A stretch of DNA of 64,000 nt, taken from an uncultured Candidatus Binatia bacterium. Its GTDB lineage: Bacteria > Desulfobacterota > Binatia > UBA9968 > CAXXLF01. This document shows, one piece after another, positions 58,631 through 64,000 of this stretch. The notes beneath the pieces were generated by a model. The model searched no databases and had not been told where the DNA came from. It saw only the letters and a program-made list of their open reading frames with translations. The stretch covers positions 4,288,001 to 4,352,000 of the forward strand of contig OZ244621.1 of NCBI GenBank assembly GCA_965218425.1, in the 5' to 3' direction. The first letter of the stretch is position 1. Every line of letters starts with the position of its first letter. The position numbers and the translations under genes were made by a program.

Positions 58631-60073
58631 ATGATTCCTGACCTGAGGAAGTTCCTTGAGAAACTTGAAGCCATGGGCGACCTGAAGCGAATCAGTGACG
58701 CAGACTTGAAATTTGAAATCGGTGCCATTTCCGAACTCGCCTTTCAGAACCACGGGCCGGCCCTCCTGTTCGACCGAATCCATCAGTATCCACCCAACTA
58801 CCGAATCGCATCGAACGTTTGCAGCACAAAGAAGAGATCCCTGCTGGCCGTAGGCATGGACCCTGAGCTAACCGAGAACGAGGCAATGGCGCTGTTCAAG
58901 CAGAGATGGGATGACTACAAGCCCATTCCTCCGGTAAAAGTCCATAGCGGCCCGGTGATGGAAAATATTCAAAATGGCGAAGAAGTGGACCTCATGAAGA
59001 TCCCCGTACCTGTGTGGCATGAACTGGACAGTGGGCCTTACATCGGAACCGGCCTAGCCGTTATCGTCAAGGACCCCGAAATCGGCTGGGTCAATTTGGG
59101 AAGCTATCGACTTCAGCGTCATGACCGCTACACAACGGGCGTATTCAGTGAGCCGGCCAACGATGGAACCAAAATAATGCAGAAGTACTGGGCTCAGGGT
59201 GAAGCCTGTCCTGTGGCTGTTTCCCTGGGTCCGGAGCCGATTATTTTTCTCACGGCTTCCGGCTGCACCGGATGTCCCAAGGGAGTCCCCGAGTATGATT
59301 ATGCAGGCTTTCTCTTAAGAGAACCCATCTCCATCGTAGAAGGACCTTTGACAGGGCTACCCATTTCCGCGAATTCTGAAATCGCAATTGAGGGAGAGAT
59401 ACCGCCGCCTCAATCCGAGTCGAGGCCCGAAGGGCCTTTTGGTGAATGGACCGGTTACTACATGGGTGGTTCCGTACCTGAACCGGTCATTCGGGTGAAA
59501 GCACTGTACCATCGAACTGATCCCATTCTTTTCGGGGCCTCACCACTGAAACCCAATGAAGAAGCCTACTCCTTCTCTCTTCCGATGATCTTGGTCACCG
59601 GGATTTTGAGCCGTTTACAGAAACAGGGGATACCCGTCCGCCGCGTGGCCAATCCGGTGAAGATGGGGGTGACCGTAATTACCATCCAGCAGCAAAAAGA
59701 AGACGACGTGGAGCGGGCCATGAAGGCCATCGACAAAGTTCCGGGGCCCCAGCGGCTTTTTATTCTCGTGGACGACGACGTTGACCTTGAGGATCCTCGG
59801 GACGTCCTGTGGGCCGTCAGCACACGCTATGATCCCACAACGGGGGCTCGGGTCAGCACCATCGAAAGTGAGTGGCTATTGGATCCATTGCGTAAGGTGG
59901 AGGAAAGAGCGCAGCGACCCTCTCTGCCTTACGAGCGACTCATACTCAATGGTTGTCGTCCGTTCGATCGCATAAAAGATTTCTCTGCGGTAAACCTGCT
60001 AAGCGACACGCGGCGCAATGAGACATGGAACAAGTGGCAGATGGAAAAGTGGGCCTCTCGTCCAGTGAGGTAA
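58631..60073 (+). CDS. UbiD-family decarboxylase
   Basis: Start moved to ATG 58631 (GAGGAG SD). NLGSYR, PEGPFGEWTGYY, VDDDVD. Confidence 0.9.
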   Translation: MIPDLRKFLEKLEAMGDLKRISDADLKFEIGAISELAFQNHGPALLFDRIHQYPPNYRIASNVCSTKKRSLLAVGMDPELTENEAMALFKQRWDDYKPIPPVKVHSGPVMENIQNGEEVDLMKIPVPVWHELDSGPYIGTGLAVIVKDPEIGWVNLGSYRLQRHDRYTTGVFSEPANDGTKIMQKYWAQGEACPVAVSLGPEPIIFLTASGCTGCPKGVPEYDYAGFLLREPISIVEGPLTGLPISANSEIAIEGEIPPPQSESRPEGPFGEWTGYYMGGSVPEPVIRVKALYHRTDPILFGASPLKPNEEAYSFSLPMILVTGILSRLQKQGIPVRRVANPVKMGVTVITIQQQKEDDVERAMKAIDKVPGPQRLFILVDDDVDLEDPRDVLWAVSTRYDPTTGARVSTIESEWLLDPLRKVEERAQRPSLPYERLILNGCRPFDRIKDFSAVNLLSDTRRNETWNKWQMEKWASRPVR

Positions 60074-60090
60074 TTTGAAGGGAGTTGATC

Positions 60091-61539
60091 ATGGGGCACA
60101 AGTCTTTAGGCGAGTTTATTGAAGCGGCTCGGGCCATTGGTGAGGTGAAAAATGTGCACGGCGCCGATCTTGACATGGAGGTTGGCTGTTTGACTGAACT
60201 GTCAGCCGAACAGAATGGGCCCATGCTGCTTTTCGACCGGTTTAAGGGTTTTCCCGACGACTTCCGTGTGGCCAGCAACGTCGTTCGAAACAGCCGACGC
60301 CGATATGCGTTGGCCATGGGTCTCCCCGTAGATGCCCATGCCATCGAAATGGTCAAGCAGCTAAGAGAGCGGCGGAAAAGGAAAGAGCCAACACCCCCGG
60401 TTCAGGTGAGTGATGGACCCGTCCTGGAAAATATACTTTCGGGTCAAGATGCGGACGTGGGGAAATTTCCGGCACCAAAGTGGCACTCGGCGGACGGCGG
60501 ACACTACATTGGCACAGGGGACATTGTTCTCATGCGTGACCCGGACACCGGGTGGATTAATTTCGGCACCTATCGCGCATGCGTGCAGGGGCATAATTTA
60601 ATAAGCATCTGGATCATCAAGCACAAGCGCGGCCGCATCATAGCTGAAAAGTACTGGGCTCAAGGCAAGGCATGTCCCGTGGCTGTGGTCCTCGGATGCG
60701 ACCCATTGACCTTCATGGCTGGAACAAGCCGGTTAAAATACGAAGAGGCGGGCGCCCTTCACGGTGCCCCGGTTGAAGTCGTCAAGGGGCCCTTCACGAG
60801 TCTTCCCATCCCTGCCCATGCCGAGATCGTCCTCGAAGGCGAAATTCCATCGCCCAATGAGGAGACTGCGGTGGAAGGACCCTTTGGTGAATGGCCGGGG
60901 TACTACTCCCACACCGGCCCCGAATGCGTGGTCCGAATAAAGCAGATCCTGCACCGAAGTTCTCCGATTATTAATGGCAACCCACCATTGAGACCTTTGC
61001 TAGGGTTACGTGATGACCTGCCGGGAACGGCTGTAAACATGTGGGATCACCTGGAAAGCTCGGGGATCTCTGACGTCGTTGGAGTCTGGGGGTATTGTAA
61101 CTCGCTTATGATAGTCATCTCGTTGAAACAGCGCTACCCGGGCCATGCCCAACAGGCGCTTTTGGCCGCGGCCGGTTTGCGCAGCTCGGCCAGTATGAAT
61201 ACCTACTTCGTGGCAGTGGACGAGGATATTGATCCCTCCGAGTTGAACGATGTGGTCTGGGCGCTATGCACACGGGTGAATCCCACCACGGCCCTGGACG
61301 TACTTCATAACGCATGGACAAGCGACCTGGACCCCAGACTAACACCGGAACAAAAGTCTTCGGGTGACTACACCATGGGGCGTTTACTGATCAATGCCTG
61401 CAAGCCTTTTTCGTGGAAGGATTCCTTCCCCAAGACAAACATTTTTTCCACTGAAGAGCGGCGGCAGGTTGCAGAGCGGTGGAGCAGTTTGCTAAGTGAA
61501 ATCACAAGTTTAGCAAAACGTCCCGCGCCCCTGGGATAG
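60091..61539 (+). CDS. UbiD-family decarboxylase
   Basis: GPMLLFD, DGGHYIGTG, NFGTYR, EGPFGEWPGYY, VDEDIDP. Confidence 0.9.
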   Translation: MGHKSLGEFIEAARAIGEVKNVHGADLDMEVGCLTELSAEQNGPMLLFDRFKGFPDDFRVASNVVRNSRRRYALAMGLPVDAHAIEMVKQLRERRKRKEPTPPVQVSDGPVLENILSGQDADVGKFPAPKWHSADGGHYIGTGDIVLMRDPDTGWINFGTYRACVQGHNLISIWIIKHKRGRIIAEKYWAQGKACPVAVVLGCDPLTFMAGTSRLKYEEAGALHGAPVEVVKGPFTSLPIPAHAEIVLEGEIPSPNEETAVEGPFGEWPGYYSHTGPECVVRIKQILHRSSPIINGNPPLRPLLGLRDDLPGTAVNMWDHLESSGISDVVGVWGYCNSLMIVISLKQRYPGHAQQALLAAAGLRSSASMNTYFVAVDEDIDPSELNDVVWALCTRVNPTTALDVLHNAWTSDLDPRLTPEQKSSGDYTMGRLLINACKPFSWKDSFPKTNIFSTEERRQVAERWSSLLSEITSLAKRPAPLG

Positions 61540-61573
61540 GGAACCCTACCCCAGATGAAATGCTCAAAACCTC

Positions 61574-61602
61574 TTGACTAGACTCCAAAAGCCACATAGG
61601 AT
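61574..61602 (+). promoter_or_regulatory. Putative sigma70 promoter TTGACT-N17-TAGGAT
   Basis: About 55 nt upstream of the tctC-like start. Confidence 0.55.
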
Positions 61603-61659
61603 GCCTCCTTTCTCGGCGGAGACTGAATGTGGAGGGAAACTTCACCAAAGGGGAGTCCT

Positions 61660-62711
61660 ATGAGAACATTATATAGATCAAGCACGGTTAGCGCCTTTGT
61701 GATTCTTCTTGCAACGGCGTTCGCAATTTTATCGCAGCCTGCGGTATCCAATGCCTTCACCGAAGGCAAAACCATTCGGCTTTTGGTCTTTGCAACTCCA
61801 GGTGGTGGCTATGACTACTACTCCAGGATAGTCATGCGTCACATACCAAAGTATCTTCCCGGCAATCCGAAAATCCTCGTTCAGAACATGCCCATCGGAT
61901 ATCTGGCCGCCAACACCCTTTGGCGATCCAAGCCAGATGGCATTACCTGGGGTGTATTGGGCCGGGAAGGCTATCTAAACAACATGCAGGTGAGAAAGCA
62001 CAACAGTTCGATTTCAGCAAAGGCATTCCCATTGGCAGCACCGCAGATGAAAATACGTTGATCTATATTCGTACCGACAGCGGGATTTCTTCTTTGAAAG
62101 ATTTGTCCGCTGCCATTAAGGCGGGAAAAAGGCCTCCCATTATGGCTAGCACCACCCGGTCTGGCTCGAGTTACGTTATGGGCGAGGTCCTGGAGTATTT
62201 GTCGCCCAATATGAGGTTTAAACAGGTCCTGGGTTATCCTGGCGGTTCTGAGGTGGACCTGGCGATCCGAAGGGGGGAAGCCCAAGCGGCCGGGCGTAGC
62301 AAAAATTCATTCTTTGCGCGCACGAAGGATCTTCTTGACAAGGGAGAGATCGCAGTCATCTTGCAAACCGGCACCGTCGATGGAAAACGTGACCCGGACT
62401 TCGAGAATGTGCCCACCCTTGGCGAGTTCGCCGACAGCCGTGAGGATAGGCAACTCCTAAACCTAGTGCTCCTCAATCAGATTGTTGCGAGACCCTTCTG
62501 GCTGCCTCCGGGAGTACCCCAGGATAGAGTTAAATTAATCCGGGAGGCATTCCGAAAAACGGTCAATGACCCCAAGCTAATCGCCCGAGCCAAGAAGGCG
62601 CGACGTCATATCGGACCCGTATACGGTGACCGCATGGCCAAGTTGTACGCTGATGCCTTCGCTGCGCCTGAGGGTATGAAAGACCGAATAAGAAAAATCC
62701 TTGGAAAATAG
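61660..62711 (+). pseudogene. tctC: Tripartite tricarboxylate transporter substrate-binding protein (Bug/TctC) split by a frameshift near 61980
   Basis: N-part: signal peptide, GKTIRLLV..TPGGGYDYYSR, PGNP.ILVQNMP, KPDG. C-part in another frame: FDF, GYPGGSEV.LAI.RGE, VPT, PPGVP.DRV..IR.AF. Confidence 0.8.
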
Positions 62712-62741
62712 CCTAGTGACGAGGCAACTAGAGTTGTTTCC

Positions 62742-64000
62742 ATGCCTCCACTTGACGCTTTTATCGCGGGTCTAACCGGCGTCTTCCAGATTCCCGCGTT
62801 TCCCCTGATGCTCCTGGGGATCGTAATTGGGTTCGTCGTGGGACTATTGCCGGGATTGGGAGGAGCCACGACCCTCGCCTTGATGCTCCCCTTTGTCTTC
62901 GACATGCCGCCCATCGCGGCGTTTTCTTTTCTGTTGGGCATGCACGCGGTGGTGTCTACGACCGGAGACATCACCTCGGTCCTCTTCGGCGTTCCTGGAG
63001 AGGGAACGGCGGCAGCTACAATTGTAGACGGCCACCCCATGGCCAAAAGGGGAGAGGCAGGTAGGGCCCTTGGCGCCGCCCTATTCAGTTCCTTGATTGG
63101 AGCGGTTGTCGGTGCCTTTGTTCTTGCAGCGTCCATTCCCATAGTAACCCCACTAGTGCTTTCCCTGGGTTCGCCTGAATTTTTCATGTTGGCGCTTCTC
63201 GGTATAAGCTTCATTGCCGCCCTAAGCGGTGGTTCGTTAACCCGCGGGCTGATCGCCGGCTGCGCGGGCTTGCTGTTGGCCACCATCGGTCTGGACCCGC
63301 GAACGGGTGCCATGCGGTTCGGCTTCGACATGCCTTACCTGATGAATGGCATCAGCCTGGTTCCCGTAGGTATCGGGTTATTTGCTATTCCCGAGATTAT
63401 CGACCTTGCGGTGCGAGGGACCAGCATCGCCGAGAACAACGTGGGCAAATTGGGTGGAGTATGGGAGGGGGTTAAGGATACCTTCCGGCATTGGGGAGTG
63501 ACCGTTAGAAGCAGCCTCCTTGGCACATTCATCGGTATTATCCCCGGGTTGGGAGGCGGAGTAGCGCAGTGGATCGCCTACGGGCATGCGGTGCAGAGTG
63601 CGGACGACAAGAGTCAGTTCGGCAAAGGCGATGTGCGCGGCGTTCTGGGACCAGGGGCGGCCAATAACTCTAAAGAGGGCGGGAGTCTGATTCCCGCCGT
63701 AGCCTTTGCGGTCCCGGGTAGCTTGAGCATGGCCATCCTCCTCGGTGCATTCTTGATCCTGGGTCTAAATCCCGGTCCGGAAATGCTGACGAAGGATCTG
63801 CACATCACCTTCTCTATGGTTTGGGTGATCGTCATCTCCAACATCATCACGGTTCTCATCAGCCTGGCCTTCCTGAATCAGCTGGCAAAAATCACCACCG
63901 TACGGGGAGCACTGTTAATCCCGTTTCTCCTGATGCTGATTTATCTCGGCGCGTTTGCCACCAACAACCACATCGGCGATATGCTCGTGATGGTTCTGTT
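62742..64000 (+). CDS. tctA: Tripartite tricarboxylate transporter permease TctA (partial, runs off the right edge)
   Basis: Hand translation: MPPLDAFIAGLTGVFQ...IGFVVGLLPGLGGATTLALMLPF...VPGEG...DGHPMAKRGEAGRAL...AANNSKEGG.LIP. Confidence 0.9.
   Translation, partial: MPPLDAFIAGLTGVFQIPAFPLMLLGIVIGFVVGLLPGLGGATTLALMLPFVFDMPPIAAFSFLLGMHAVVSTTGDITSVLFGVPGEGTAAATIVDGHPMAKRGEAGRALGAALFSSLIGAVVGAFVLAASIPIVTPLVLSLGSPEFFMLALLGISFIAALSGGSLTRGLIAGCAGLLLATIGLDPRTGAMRFGFDMPYLMNGISLVPVGIGLFAIPEIIDLAVRGTSIAENNVGKLGGVWEGVKDTFRHWGVTVRSSLLGTFIGIIPGLGGGVAQWIAYGHAVQSADDKSQFGKGDVRGVLGPGAANNSKEGGSLIPAVAFAVPGSLSMAILLGAFLILGLNPGPEMLTKDLHITFSMVWVIVISNIITVLISLAFLNQLAKITTVRGALLIPFLLMLIYLGAFATNNHIGDMLVMVL

Noticed and set aside
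61531..61554. Hairpin at the UbiD stop as an intrinsic terminator
   Set aside because: The stem is imperfect and has no U-tract.
62606..63859. Minus-strand ORFs 62606-63331, 63335-63532, 63378-63587 and 63614-63859
   Set aside because: Antisense shadows of the plus-strand tctA, which the ORF track omits because it runs off the window.
1..64000. CRISPR array, prophage or intact IS element
   Set aside because: No regularly spaced direct repeats, phage genes or full-length transposase were seen.

Overview
A bacterial aromatic-catabolism region made almost entirely of paralogous enzyme families. Left of a tRNA-Asn(GTT) gene at 42995-43070, 36 consecutive minus-strand genes (116-42273) contain no regulator. 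They encode 5 Rieske oxygenase large subunits, 6 LigB-family extradiol dioxygenases (5 DesZ/LigZ-like), 3 phthalate-dihydrodiol-dehydrogenase-like Gfo/Idh/MocA proteins, 4 PanB-fold proteins, 5 RidA-family proteins (2 double-domain), a LigY-like C-C hydrolase, 2 dihydroxyphthalate-decarboxylase-like proteins, a NahE-like hydratase-aldolase, a UbiD, 2 bicupins, a TAXI-like protein and ABC transporter parts. Right of the tRNA are a Mut7-C protein, a second TAXI-like protein, TPP enzymes, an LLM oxidoreductase with a TetR regulator, a third bicupin, 4 more UbiDs, a sixth Rieske with its dehydrogenase, and tctC/tctA. The best candidate for an undescribed system is a recurring Rieske + DesZ/LigZ-like dioxygenase + PanB-like + RidA-like module. 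All four PanB homologues lack the catalytic Glu181 equivalent and gain an Arg after GDSxG. The RidA genes occur as two-domain and Arg-less one-domain forms that could assemble 2+1 heterotrimers. Three genes are interrupted (two single-base frameshifts, one TAG at a conserved Trp). Family calls come from motif recognition and recalled reference sequences, not database searches.
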